Origin: Candidatus Omnitrophota bacterium | Lineage (GTDB): Bacteria > Omnitrophota > Gorgyraeia > Zapsychrales > JANLHA01 | Reading direction: 5' to 3' | DNA length: 64,000 nucleotides | Assembly: GCA_029560465.1 (NCBI GenBank) | Contig: JAKQKX010000016.1 | Coordinates: 71,178-135,177, forward strand | Shown here: one piece after another, positions 10,701 through 19,564 of the stretch | Layout: each line of letters opens with the position of its first letter | How positions within the stretch are numbered: the stretch's first letter is position 1 | Position numbers and translations under genes: made by a program | Notes under the pieces: generated by a model | What the model was told of the DNA's origin: nothing | The model's input: the letters and a program-made list of their open reading frames with translations, nothing else | The model's database searches: none

Positions 10701-13700
10701 AGCCGCCTTGAAACCTCTGGAAGAAAAAATTAAGGAATTGGAAGCCCGGCTCAAGGATCAAGAAACCGAGTGGGCTGCGAAGGGTGAAGACGCGAAGGCC
10801 CCTCTTGTGGAGAAAATTCGAGCCCTCGAGGATGCCCTTAAAGAGCAGGCGTCCGGGATAGAGGCTAGAATGGAAGAGGCTAAAGCGCCTTTGCTTGAAC
10901 AGGTTCAGGAATTGGAGCAACGACTTTCGGAAAAGGAAACGCTTTGGCCGCGGAAAGAGGATGAAGCGAAAGCCCCGCTGTTGGAAGAGATTCAAACGCT
11001 TAAACAGCGCCTGCAGGAGAGAGAGGCTGAGGTGGCCATGAGGATTACCGAGGCGGAAGCGCCGTTGAAAGAAAATATTGCGGTTTTAAAAGAAGACTTA
11101 CGGGCGGCCAGGGCGGATTCAGAAGCCCGGGTGAAGGCCGAGCAAGATATTTGGCGGAAAGACGTGGAGAAAGCACGGAAGGAATTTAAAGAGTATAAAG
11201 ATTCCGAAGTGGAACGCGTGGCTAAGGTCAAGCAGCCGTTGGAGAAAAAAATAGAAGCGTTGCAGCAGGACCTGAAAGAAGCCAAAAACCGAAAAGGCGC
11301 GGTTTTGCAGGCCGCGCAAAAACCCCTGGAAGATAAGATTAAAGAGATGGAAGCACAGTTGCGCGAACAGAAAGAGATGTTGGCGTCCAAGGTGGAAGAG
11401 GCCAAAGCGCCGTTGCTTGAACAGCTGCGGGCTCTTGAGGGAAGCTTAAAAGAGAAGGAATCCGGGGTTGCCGTTCAAATAGAGGCTGTGCAAGTTCCCT
11501 TGAAAGAACAGATTAAAGTTCTTGAGGAAGGGGTGCGGCAAAAGGAAGCCGAAGCGGCTGCGTTGGTTGAGGATGCCCGGTCGGCCCACAAAGAGGAGCT
11601 GCGCCTGGCCAGGGCAGACGCGGAAGAACGTCTGAAGGCGGAGCAGGAGGCCCGAAGGGTGGAGGTTGAAAAGATTCAAAAGGAATTTCAGGATTACAAG
11701 GATAGCGTCGCGGAAACTGTGGCCAAAGACAAGCATCCTCTGGAAGAGGCGATAGCGATGTTGCAGAATGATTTAAAAGAATCGCAGGTCAGGAAAGATG
11801 AAGACATCAAACTCGCGAAAAAACCATTAGAGGACAAAATTAAAGAGCTTGAAAAGGACCTTCGCCAAAGGGGATCGGATATTCAGGATAAAGTCAAGGC
11901 GGCGCAGCGTCCTTTGGAAGAGAATATCGCGCTTTTAAAAAAGGATTTGGAAAATAAAGATAAAGAGTGGGCGGTTAAAATTGAGGAGGCCAAATTCCCC
12001 CTGGAGGTCAAAGTCCGGGCTTTGGTGCAGAAACTGGATGAACGGGACGCGGCGATTTCCCGCGTGATCAAAAAAGCGAAAGCGCCTTTAGAGAAAGAAA
12101 TCGAGGCGCTGACGGTGCGACTGAAAGAAACACAGGGAACGGTTGCCCTGGAGGTCGCCCGTTTGAAGCAGGCGGCCCAGGAGCAGGAGCAGGCGTTGGC
12201 GGAAAAAATCGTCCTGGCCAAGAAGCCCTTGGAAGAGCGGGTTGTTGTCCTGCAAAACGAGTTGAGCGCGGCGAAAGACGCCGCCTCTCGAAAAGCCGAT
12301 GAAGCCAAGGCCCCGTTGCAGGAAAGGATTGATTATCTTCTGGAAAAAATGAAAACGGATGAAATGCTTTATAAAACCAGCATGAAAACAGATCAGGAAA
12401 AAATCCAGGAAGAAAGAAAGGGGTGGCAAGCGCAACGGAAGGATTTGGAGAAATTAATCCAGCAGAAAGAGCGGGACATTAAGCAATTGACGACGGAAAA
12501 AGAATCTTTATCCAAGGATCTTGATGTGGCCGGCGAGAAGAGTAAAAAACTTAATGAACTCGTTGAGCAGGCCCGGGGAGAGCACCAGTCGCTTCAGTCC
12601 GATCTTCCACAGAAAATCGCGGAAGCCCAAAAGCCATTGCTGGCGAAGATTGACGCGTTGGAAGCGGAGAAACGGGGTTTGGAAGCTTCTTTGCCTGAAA
12701 AAATCGCCCAGGCCCAAACCGGGCTGGAAGCTCAAATCCAGCAGCTGAAGGAAACGATTAAAGCGAAAGAGGCCGGTATTCCGGCTTTGATTGAAGAAGC
12801 CCAAAAGCCTCTGCGGGCTGAAGTGAGCCAATTACAGGCTGAATTGAAAAAAACCCACGCGTCTTTACCGGAGGAAATTGTTCAGGCGAAACGACCCCTG
12901 GAACAGAAGGTGGCGTCTTTGGATCAAGCGTTAGTGGAGAAGGACCGGGGACTTCAGAAGCATTTGAAGGAAAAAGACGATTTGAATAAAGAGCTTGTGG
13001 CCGCCTTGAAAGAGAAGACGGCTTTGAATGACCGTGTCTTGAGTTTGCAAAAAGACCTGCAGGCCGCGCAGGCCCAATCTCAGCGCGGGGAAGAACAAAT
13101 TCGAAAAGATTATGACCGGAAGATAGAAGATTTGCAGGCGGCCCTGCAGAAAGCCCAGCAGGCGCTTCCGGAAGCTGTGGCGTCGGCCAAACAGCCTTTT
13201 GTCGACAAAATTGTCGGCCTGGAGGAGGCGTTAAAAGCGAAGGATGCGGAAATGTCGCAGCGTGTCACCGACGCCAGGAAACCGTTGGAAGAGAAAATTC
13301 TGACCCTGCAACAGCAAATGAAGGAACAAGAAGCGGCCTGGCCCCAAAGTGTTGAGCAGGCCCGAGGGCCTCTTTTAGCCCGTATTGAAGAATTGACGAA
13401 GGACTTGCAAGCAAGCGAGGCCAGGCTTCCTCAGAAGGTCAAGGAGGCCAAGTCTCCTTTGGAGGAGGAGGTCCGGGCCCTGAAGGCGGAATTGCAGCAA
13501 AAGAATCAATCATTGCCGAAACAGATTCAGGACGTTCAGAAGCCGTTGCAGGAGGAAATTGCGGCTTTGAAAAAGCAGCTTCAAGATAAAGATAAGGAGT
13601 TCTCCCGTCAGGACACCGCGCTTGAAAATTCCGGGGCTAAACTTCAGCAAACTTTGAAGGAGTTGGAGTCCTCGCAAAAAACGGTTGCCGAACTTACGGC

Positions 13701-14583
13701 TCAAAAGGCCCAGGTTGAACAGCAGCTTTTGGAAAAGAGCAAGTCTGTGCCCCAACTGATGGAGGAGGTTAAGCGTCCTTTGGAAACCGAAATCGGCCGT
13801 TTGAAAGAGGAACTCAAGTTAAAAGAGCAAGGCTTGCCTCAGCAGATATTAGCAGTCCGTAAGCCTTTGGAAGAAAAGATTCTTACGTTGGAGAAAGACC
13901 TGCAGCAGGCCCAGGCGTCAGTAAAAAATCAGATTGCGGAAGCCCGCAAGCCCCTGGACCAGAAGATCGCCGCATTGGAGAAACAGAACAAAGAAACCGA
14001 GAACGCGGTTAAAAATAAGTTGGCTGAGGCGCGGAAGCCTCTGGAGGCCAGGATTAAAGCTTTGGAGGAAGAGGTCAAGGCTGCCCAAAAACAGTCTGCC
14101 CAGCAGATTGCGCAGGAAAAAAGCGCCGCTGACAAGAAAATCAATGATCTGCAACAGCAGCTTGGCGCGCTTAAGATAACAATGCAAGGGAAAGATTCCG
14201 CTTTTCAGGATATGGAAAAGGAACTTGATCGTATTACAATCAGCCTGTCCGCCGTTCAGCAGGAGAATATTTTTCTGAACAATGAGCTGGCCGAGGCCAA
14301 GAAATCGCTTCAAACAATTGAGGGGAAATTGACGAATACATATTCCAAGAAACAGGTCGAGCTGGAAGACAAGGTGAGGTTCCTTATGGAAATTATCGAT
14401 CAGAAGGACACCCTTCTGCAGGAACAGGTCAATTTGGTGGCGGAAAAGGATAAACAAATCGCGGCCCTCACTCAGGAAGCGGATGATTTGGCCAAGGATT
14501 ATTTTTCAATTCTGGATAAGAATGTGTCTTTGAGTGAAAGGCTTGAAAGGCTTGAGCAACAACAACCGGCGTCGGCCCGGTAA
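7753..14583 (+). CDS. Giant (2276 aa) exported coiled-coil protein with proline-punctuated 29-aa repeats
   Basis: 6.8-kb ORF, GAGG RBS, Sec signal peptide ending AGA, E/K/L/A/Q-rich, no Walker motifs. Confidence 0.92.
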   Translation: MKKYSQRVVMIFLCGVILSLIMVTGAGAKDKGVSLTEKVESLLRKYEALRDENQQMKDALEEAESQVELFRGKFLELENRGGVLQKQLETRTQELKEAQAAIKNREGTADEGRAELERIVAELRKDNKQREERIQSLEEKLREADARQASAVEKAAFEKELAVLKRENETLKKDLEGLEKKLQQADMALKEKGAAAQTALEQEIRGLNQELQLKGAFIRDGESQIESLKGENTRLVKQMEDLQARIQDLTARRDKKEDSLARKIEEAREPLQKKIDELQARLDAVPKTEQQKIEEVRRPLLSKVEELTSENAALKKSMKEKLSDAQEPLLKENGELKARLREAEEQLAGEIRRADRLVDEKTGAMRKQVEGAEAALKEKDKTVFSLQEKLNQTEQRIAAAEGEKQKIIKDAKDQEREMRQQIVALEKDLKTAEKKESAKSLREKEDLQKENVALREEIQSLEKSLPERVEQARKPLMERIDDLMAEMQQAQKKMEAEIELSRKPLEEKVAGLEEDLRLERQRKKDKAAGQEDTLRKKITEMEQQLRQADAIAAEKAAAAKALLQDKVVALEQQLADQKAALPGQISQAKRAADEEVKLLKAQLREKDLTLSAQEEALKKNYEVKLQGWQRDLKAAQDTMKNQEAEIHKKETALEQSARELEAARTRNGSYQKDIDALRDQLKSKEQRVEQLAQERTANYQARIDEKEKELKEAREDGQKKLAEAMKAKDEEIEQLRSQMKAQEASVSERIARAKQPLEEEIKGLNKELRVKKNASKEDIQAAQKPLEDQIKEMEKQLLEKEATWTRKVDEARVPLLEKIRSLEEMVKNTEAAVSARIEKAKAPFMGQIQALEEELAEKNAFWPEKIEEEKTPLREQIQALEARLKEKDAELKARVEEAESPLKTEIVRLKEDLNAARKEQEARLKEEQSVRKAAVDQVTQEFNDYKNSEPDRIARVKQPLEAKIGELQKDLKEAKSRKDEARKAALKPLEEKIKELEARLKDQETEWAAKGEDAKAPLVEKIRALEDALKEQASGIEARMEEAKAPLLEQVQELEQRLSEKETLWPRKEDEAKAPLLEEIQTLKQRLQEREAEVAMRITEAEAPLKENIAVLKEDLRAARADSEARVKAEQDIWRKDVEKARKEFKEYKDSEVERVAKVKQPLEKKIEALQQDLKEAKNRKGAVLQAAQKPLEDKIKEMEAQLREQKEMLASKVEEAKAPLLEQLRALEGSLKEKESGVAVQIEAVQVPLKEQIKVLEEGVRQKEAEAAALVEDARSAHKEELRLARADAEERLKAEQEARRVEVEKIQKEFQDYKDSVAETVAKDKHPLEEAIAMLQNDLKESQVRKDEDIKLAKKPLEDKIKELEKDLRQRGSDIQDKVKAAQRPLEENIALLKKDLENKDKEWAVKIEEAKFPLEVKVRALVQKLDERDAAISRVIKKAKAPLEKEIEALTVRLKETQGTVALEVARLKQAAQEQEQALAEKIVLAKKPLEERVVVLQNELSAAKDAASRKADEAKAPLQERIDYLLEKMKTDEMLYKTSMKTDQEKIQEERKGWQAQRKDLEKLIQQKERDIKQLTTEKESLSKDLDVAGEKSKKLNELVEQARGEHQSLQSDLPQKIAEAQKPLLAKIDALEAEKRGLEASLPEKIAQAQTGLEAQIQQLKETIKAKEAGIPALIEEAQKPLRAEVSQLQAELKKTHASLPEEIVQAKRPLEQKVASLDQALVEKDRGLQKHLKEKDDLNKELVAALKEKTALNDRVLSLQKDLQAAQAQSQRGEEQIRKDYDRKIEDLQAALQKAQQALPEAVASAKQPFVDKIVGLEEALKAKDAEMSQRVTDARKPLEEKILTLQQQMKEQEAAWPQSVEQARGPLLARIEELTKDLQASEARLPQKVKEAKSPLEEEVRALKAELQQKNQSLPKQIQDVQKPLQEEIAALKKQLQDKDKEFSRQDTALENSGAKLQQTLKELESSQKTVAELTAQKAQVEQQLLEKSKSVPQLMEEVKRPLETEIGRLKEELKLKEQGLPQQILAVRKPLEEKILTLEKDLQQAQASVKNQIAEARKPLDQKIAALEKQNKETENAVKNKLAEARKPLEARIKALEEEVKAAQKQSAQQIAQEKSAADKKINDLQQQLGALKITMQGKDSAFQDMEKELDRITISLSAVQQENIFLNNELAEAKKSLQTIEGKLTNTYSKKQVELEDKVRFLMEIIDQKDTLLQEQVNLVAEKDKQIAALTQEADDLAKDYFSILDKNVSLSERLERLEQQQPASAR
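8560..14124 (+). repeat. Arrays of degenerate 87-bp (29-aa) units beginning Pro-Leu, with a 609-bp super-repeat
   Basis: About 40 P-L/P-F initiated units counted; aagcagcc anchors at 10012, 10621 and 11230 (609 bp apart), next aagcatcc at 11731. Confidence 0.9.
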
Positions 14584-14593
14584 GAGCAATCAT

Positions 14594-15808
14594 ATGAACA
14601 GAAACCGTATACGGCATTTTGATCCCCGGGCAGGAGGATCGTCGGTTTATCCTGCCGCCTTCATCGTGTGCCTGCTGTTGGCCGTGGGCTGGGGCATGTG
14701 GCCTGAGGTGTTGGCGGCTGAGACCGACGAAGACGCGCAGCCTTTTTCTTACCGCCAGCAACTTATCAACAAGGAATTGTCCCAGCAGGAAATGCTAGGC
14801 GAGAAATCTGGGCCCGAGAATACGGAAGGATCCTTTGATGGCCGGTCTCCCACATATAATTTGTCCGGAGACGGGAGAGGATCCGCCCCTTTGGGCTTCA
14901 CGGGTGGTGAACACAAGGCCTGCCCTTTTCCCCCGGAAAGGACCAAGGCGGTCACGGAAGCCCTGAACCGGGTTGAAGTGGGCCTGGAAACATTTGCCTT
15001 CTCTTACCGGGAGCCGGGCGTTATGAAAGACCGGGGTTGTCTGACGGGCGTTTACGGGGTTTTCACTCATCGGCTGGCAGACAACCAGCATATTAAAACG
15101 TTCAAGGACGCCTGGCGTGACAAGCTCAAAGTCAACAAGCTTTCTGTGGAAGGCCGTTTTGCCGGCGGGGATGTGGATTATGAATCTGAAGAGACCGGAA
15201 CGCGTGATGGCTTGAATTTTTATGTTTTTGAACTCCGGGGCCTCCTGGCTTATGAGATGCCGCTGATCCCGTCCGGTGCCATCACGCCGTTTTTCGGGGT
15301 GGGGTTCCGTTACCTCAAAGATGACAGCGGCGGGAAAGTTAGCTCGACGAATAACTGGTTTTATGACCGGGAAAGCCGGTATTTTTACCTGCCCATCGGG
15401 CTCGAAATCTCCCGCCGGATGAAAAACCGCTGGTCTGTGAGCCTGACCTGCGAGTATGACATTTTTCTTGTGGGTAAGCAGAAGAGCCATCTGGAAAACG
15501 GCGGGGCGACAGTGCTTTCATCCAGCGACGGACAATTGTACGTCCTGGATACGTTGGAAAACGACCAGGAAGAAGGTTTTGGCTTGCGGGGTTCTCTGAA
15601 GTTCATGAAAAGTCATGATAGATGGGATTTTGTTTTTGAGCCGTTTGTGCGTTACTGGAATCTGAAAGATTCCCAGCTGGCGCAGTGGACGTCCAACAGC
15701 GGCAGCCTTTTGTGGTATTATGACCCGGCCCGGGAGTATCCTGTTTACGGGTATGAACCGGAAAACAACACCACGGAATACGGAGTGCGGATAGGGTTTT
15801 ATTATTGA
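14594..15808 (+). CDS. Outer-membrane beta-barrel protein
   Basis: Signal peptide; alternating aromatic/Gly strands (ITPFFGVGFRYL, FEPFVRYWN); C-terminal BAM-type signal EYGVRIGFYY. Confidence 0.82.
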   Translation: MNRNRIRHFDPRAGGSSVYPAAFIVCLLLAVGWGMWPEVLAAETDEDAQPFSYRQQLINKELSQQEMLGEKSGPENTEGSFDGRSPTYNLSGDGRGSAPLGFTGGEHKACPFPPERTKAVTEALNRVEVGLETFAFSYREPGVMKDRGCLTGVYGVFTHRLADNQHIKTFKDAWRDKLKVNKLSVEGRFAGGDVDYESEETGTRDGLNFYVFELRGLLAYEMPLIPSGAITPFFGVGFRYLKDDSGGKVSSTNNWFYDRESRYFYLPIGLEISRRMKNRWSVSLTCEYDIFLVGKQKSHLENGGATVLSSSDGQLYVLDTLENDQEEGFGLRGSLKFMKSHDRWDFVFEPFVRYWNLKDSQLAQWTSNSGSLLWYYDPAREYPVYGYEPENNTTEYGVRIGFYY

Positions 15809-16039
15809 ACGCTGTTTTGTTTTTCCAAGGCGTCCCGGCCTGACTTTTTAAAAGGGTCTCCAACCTGAAAATTTTTACTGTTCCCCGGTTTCATCCCGCC
15901 ATGTTTTTGTTTGTTCGGATAACTACTGTGGCGGGGCTTTCACTGAAGGCAAGGTTTGATTTTTAAGGGGTCGTCCAGAAGCATTCTTTTGTCTTTCGCT
16001 TGTTTCTGAATATAATTTAAGTTACAATAGGCCTCTGAA

Positions 16040-16534
16040 ATGGCCCAACAATTGAGTAAAAATGAGGAGCACCACCGGTTTATGCGCCGGGCGATTCAGC
16101 GCGCCCGGGATGGGGTAGGAGCCGGGCAGACGCCTTTCGGGGCCTGCATTGTGAGAAACGGCTGTGTGGTCAGCTGTGAGCACAACGAGGTCTGGAAAGG
16201 GACGGATATTACCGCGCACGCCGAAATATGCGCTATCCGTCAGGCCTGCCGGACATTGCGGACGATCGATTTGTCGGAGTGCGTGATTTATTCGACCTGC
16301 GAGCCGTGTCCTATGTGTTTTAGCGCGTGCCACTGGGCCAGGATTCCGGTCATCTGTTTCGGCGCCCGGATTCGGGACGCGCAAAGAATCGGGTTTAATG
16401 AGCTCACGCTATCAAACCGTCAGATGAAGAAATTGGGCGCTAGCCGTGTTAAAATAGTCCCGAATGTTTTAAGGGAAGAGAATCTCCTGCTGTTTCAGGA
16501 ATGGCACAGCCTGGACAAAAAACGGGGTTATTAG
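16040..16534 (+). CDS. guaD: Nucleoside/guanine deaminase (CDA fold)
   Basis: PFGACIV, TAHAEI, STCEPCPMC-SACHWARI. Confidence 0.88.
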   Translation: MAQQLSKNEEHHRFMRRAIQRARDGVGAGQTPFGACIVRNGCVVSCEHNEVWKGTDITAHAEICAIRQACRTLRTIDLSECVIYSTCEPCPMCFSACHWARIPVICFGARIRDAQRIGFNELTLSNRQMKKLGASRVKIVPNVLREENLLLFQEWHSLDKKRGY

Positions 16535-16545
16535 AGGAGGCGGAG

Positions 16546-17142
16546 ATGAAACAAAAATCCTGGGCCGTTCGTTTTTTGGCGTGGTTTCTTCTTCTGTGGG
16601 GGCTCGTTTGGCTGGTGACAATTTACAGCCGGTGTCAGGTCATTGCGTTGCGAACCGAGGCCGGAACACGCGGGGTGTCGGGATATAACTTTATCAGGAC
16701 AGCCAAGATGTTTACGGGGTGCTCTTCGAATACCCGTTCGTCTCACATGCTCCTTTTCTGGGCCTTGGCCGCCCTGGAAATGATGTGCAGTTTCCTTTAT
16801 ATCATCAGCGGTTTTGCCTTGCTGCGGCGGTACCCCTTGGGTTTTCGGATGGGGCGGACCGCGCTGTGGGCGGATTTATTTTTTAAGGCCTCAACGGCCG
16901 CATACATGTTTGGGATCGCTGTGCCGCTTCAGAACGTGCTGAGGGGCAAACAAAATATATTGTTGAATTATTTCACTCCGGACCGGAGCGTTTTTTCCGA
17001 TTTCTCAACGTTTTTTTCCGGGTTAAGGCTTTATTACCCGGCGGTGAATTTTTCTCTTGCTGTTTATTTGATGTATTTTGTGATTACCTATCTTTTCATA
17101 AAACAGCGCGTTGAAGAATGGGCCGGGGAACGGCGCGCCTGA
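16546..17142 (+). CDS. Hypothetical membrane protein
   Basis: GGAGG RBS before ATG 16546; about four TM segments. Confidence 0.7.
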   Translation: MKQKSWAVRFLAWFLLLWGLVWLVTIYSRCQVIALRTEAGTRGVSGYNFIRTAKMFTGCSSNTRSSHMLLFWALAALEMMCSFLYIISGFALLRRYPLGFRMGRTALWADLFFKASTAAYMFGIAVPLQNVLRGKQNILLNYFTPDRSVFSDFSTFFSGLRLYYPAVNFSLAVYLMYFVITYLFIKQRVEEWAGERRA

Positions 17143-17171
17143 AGAGGCCGGAATATTTAAAGGAGGGAGAC

Positions 17172-17588
17172 GTGAGGAAAATTGCGGTTTTAATTCTTTT
17201 TTTGTCGGCTTTCTGGGGCTGCGCGACGACGGAGCAGAAACCTTACAGCCAGATCAATATGGCGTCCCGCCGGTTTTTAAGCCTGCGGCAGATTTATGCC
17301 GGCATGACCCGGCAGGAGGTGGCGGGAGTTTTGGGGAGCCAGGTGATCATCGGTTACGAAATCCACGATGAAGAGACCGGACAGTACACCCCTTTGACCG
17401 TCAAGAATCCCTATCGGCAGGAGCAGGTTGCCGATGGCGATAAGGTGTATGAGATCGACTATTATTTTGTCGGGATCAACGCGGCCGATGGCCAGATTAC
17501 CGATGACGAGCTGGCCCCTTTGGTTTTCGTAAAGGATCAATTGATGGGGTATGGCTGGGATTATTTAAACAAGAAAGTGAAGAAATGA
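17172..17588 (+). CDS. Lipoprotein, DUF3192-like
   Basis: GGAGG RBS, GTG start, lipobox FWGC; GMT--EV--LG...TDDELAPLVF--D-L-G-GW. Confidence 0.75.
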   Translation: MRKIAVLILFLSAFWGCATTEQKPYSQINMASRRFLSLRQIYAGMTRQEVAGVLGSQVIIGYEIHDEETGQYTPLTVKNPYRQEQVADGDKVYEIDYYFVGINAADGQITDDELAPLVFVKDQLMGYGWDYLNKKVKK

Positions 17589-17620
17589 TGTGACGGGGGC
17601 CCCGGGGCAGGTTGGCGGTT

Positions 17621-18601
17621 ATGGCGCGTAAAAAATTTAAAGATATCGCGGTTGAGAATTTTATCCTGCATTATCAACAGAAGAGGCCCATTGATTGGGC
17701 GGCGCAGTTTAACCGCCAGGCCCCCCTGGACCTTGAAATCGGGTTTGGGCTGGGAGAATTTCTCCTGGATCAATCGCGGGAGGCTCCGGAGCGGAATTAT
17801 GTCGGCATCGAACTCGATTGGCAGAGGATCAAGAAAACCCTGCATAAGATTTGGGCAATCCGCCAACCCAACGGACAAAATTTTTTCACGGATAATATCC
17901 GTATTTTGCAGGTCGAGGCGGATATCGCCTTAAGGCGTTTGTTCGTCCCGCGCAGCCTCCATCGGGTGTATTGTCTTTTCCCTTGCCCCTGGCCTAAAAA
18001 AGGGCACATCAGATACCGGCTGTTTTCCAGGCCTTTTTGTCGGGTTGTGAACAGCCGTCTTGTTGACGGCGGGTTTGTCCAGATCGTAACGGATCATGAA
18101 CCGTATTTCGAGTGGCTTCAGGAAGAAGTTTCCGGCTCGGGCTTCCGTGTCGAAGGGCGGAAAATCAGCCCCCGTTTTAACACGAAGTTTGAACGTAAAT
18201 GGATGGGGGAGGGGCAGGAGGAATTTTTTGAGCTGATCCTGCGCAAGTCAGAGCATATGGATATCCCTCTGGAGGAGGATCTCCCGTTGACTGTGTATTT
18301 TGTGGACGATTTTATCCCGGACCGGTTTTGTTTCCCCGGCAGGGTCGGATGCCCGTCTGTTGTCCAGAAAGATTTTCTTTTTGATCCGCAACGGGGAAAG
18401 GCGATGGTGCATCTTGTCGCCGCCGAAGAGCACGTCACCCAGCATGTGTGGATTGTTATCGCGAAAAGCCGGCGGGGCTGGTACGTCGCTCTCGCTGCGG
18501 GGCAGACCGTGTTGCCGACTCCAGGGGTGGCGCTCGCCGTGCGGATGACGGCGGAGGCCGTGAAACAAACTTTTCAGGAAAACAACACGACAAACCATTA
18601 G
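17621..18601 (+). CDS. trmB: tRNA (guanine-N7)-methyltransferase with C-terminal extension
   Basis: LEIGFGLGEFL, N-VGIE, FPCPWPK--H---RL, TDHE-Y, TKFERKW. Confidence 0.9.
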   Translation: MARKKFKDIAVENFILHYQQKRPIDWAAQFNRQAPLDLEIGFGLGEFLLDQSREAPERNYVGIELDWQRIKKTLHKIWAIRQPNGQNFFTDNIRILQVEADIALRRLFVPRSLHRVYCLFPCPWPKKGHIRYRLFSRPFCRVVNSRLVDGGFVQIVTDHEPYFEWLQEEVSGSGFRVEGRKISPRFNTKFERKWMGEGQEEFFELILRKSEHMDIPLEEDLPLTVYFVDDFIPDRFCFPGRVGCPSVVQKDFLFDPQRGKAMVHLVAAEEHVTQHVWIVIAKSRRGWYVALAAGQTVLPTPGVALAVRMTAEAVKQTFQENNTTNH

Positions 18602-18610
18602 GATCTGAAC

Positions 18611-19444
18611 ATGCGATATCCCCGAAAGGCAAGGTTTTTCCGGTATCTGTGTTTACCTCTAGCCGTTATTTTGTCCTGTCCGCCAATGGGTTATGCCGGG
18701 GAAGGCGGTTCTGACATTGTTTCCGCCCAGGCGGCCATTTTTTCAAACAGCACGGAAGTGATCCGGTATTACGGCAAGAACGTGCATTCCCGGGTGCCGC
18801 CGGCCAGCACGGTGAAAGTTATGACCGCGCTGATTGTGCTGGAGCGCCTGCCTCTCGATAAAGTGGTCACGACAAGCGTCCGCGCCACGCATCCCCAGCC
18901 TTCCAAAATTTACGCCAAGCCCGGAGAGAAATTCCGGGTGAGGGATTTATTGTACGCTTTAATGCTTAAGTCCGCCAATGACGCCAGTGTCATCCTGGCT
19001 GAAGCGGTGGCCGGCAGCGAAGACAAATTTGTTGAGCTTATGAACAAAAAGGCGCGGGAATTGGGCGCGAAGCACACGCGTTTTGCCAACGCCCACGGCT
19101 TGCCTTCGAAAGCAAAGCAGTACACGACCCCCTATGATATGTACCTGATTTTCCGGGCCGCCTTAAAGCATGATTTTTTCCGGGAACTTGTGGGAACGAA
19201 ATCCAGAATAATTTATTCTTTAGAAGGCAGGAAAATTCCGCTTAGAAGTCATAATAAGATTCTTTTTATGGATTGGAAAAAGAAGCTTCACGGGAAGACG
19301 GGGTATACGAAAGCGGCGAAGGCTTGTTTTGTCGGGTACCTTCATAAAGGCCAGAGCATTTGCATCATTGCGGTTTTCGGCTGCACCCGGAGGTGGGACG
19401 ACATCAAATATATTGTGGAACATTATGGCGGGATTGATTTGTGA
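18611..19444 (+). CDS. D-alanyl-D-alanine carboxypeptidase (peptidase S11)
   Basis: SxxK (STVK), SxN (SAN), KTG motifs; N-terminal signal. Confidence 0.93.
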   Translation: MRYPRKARFFRYLCLPLAVILSCPPMGYAGEGGSDIVSAQAAIFSNSTEVIRYYGKNVHSRVPPASTVKVMTALIVLERLPLDKVVTTSVRATHPQPSKIYAKPGEKFRVRDLLYALMLKSANDASVILAEAVAGSEDKFVELMNKKARELGAKHTRFANAHGLPSKAKQYTTPYDMYLIFRAALKHDFFRELVGTKSRIIYSLEGRKIPLRSHNKILFMDWKKKLHGKTGYTKAAKACFVGYLHKGQSICIIAVFGCTRRWDDIKYIVEHYGGIDL

Positions 19445-19477
19445 TGGCTTTAAGTGGGTTTTTCGAGATTAAATATA

Positions 19478-19506
19478 TTGCAAAATATATATTTGTGGCA
19501 TAAAAT
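19478..19506 (+). promoter_or_regulatory. Sigma70-like promoter for the DsbA-like gene
   Basis: TTGCAA-17 bp-TAAAAT. Confidence 0.55.
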
Positions 19507-19564
19507 GGAGCGGTTAATCGGATTGAAGATGGGACAGTGTTATTAAAAAGAAAGGAAAAATTTT

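Noticed and set aside
7855-14457. Many antisense and alternate-frame ORFs inside the giant gene
   Set aside because: Shadows of the biased E/K/L/Q codon repeats (F/S/L-rich) with no RBS or motifs.
7753-14583. SMC, SbcC or phage tape-measure identity for the giant ORF
   Set aside because: No Walker A/B or hinge, it has a signal peptide, and there are no phage genes nearby.
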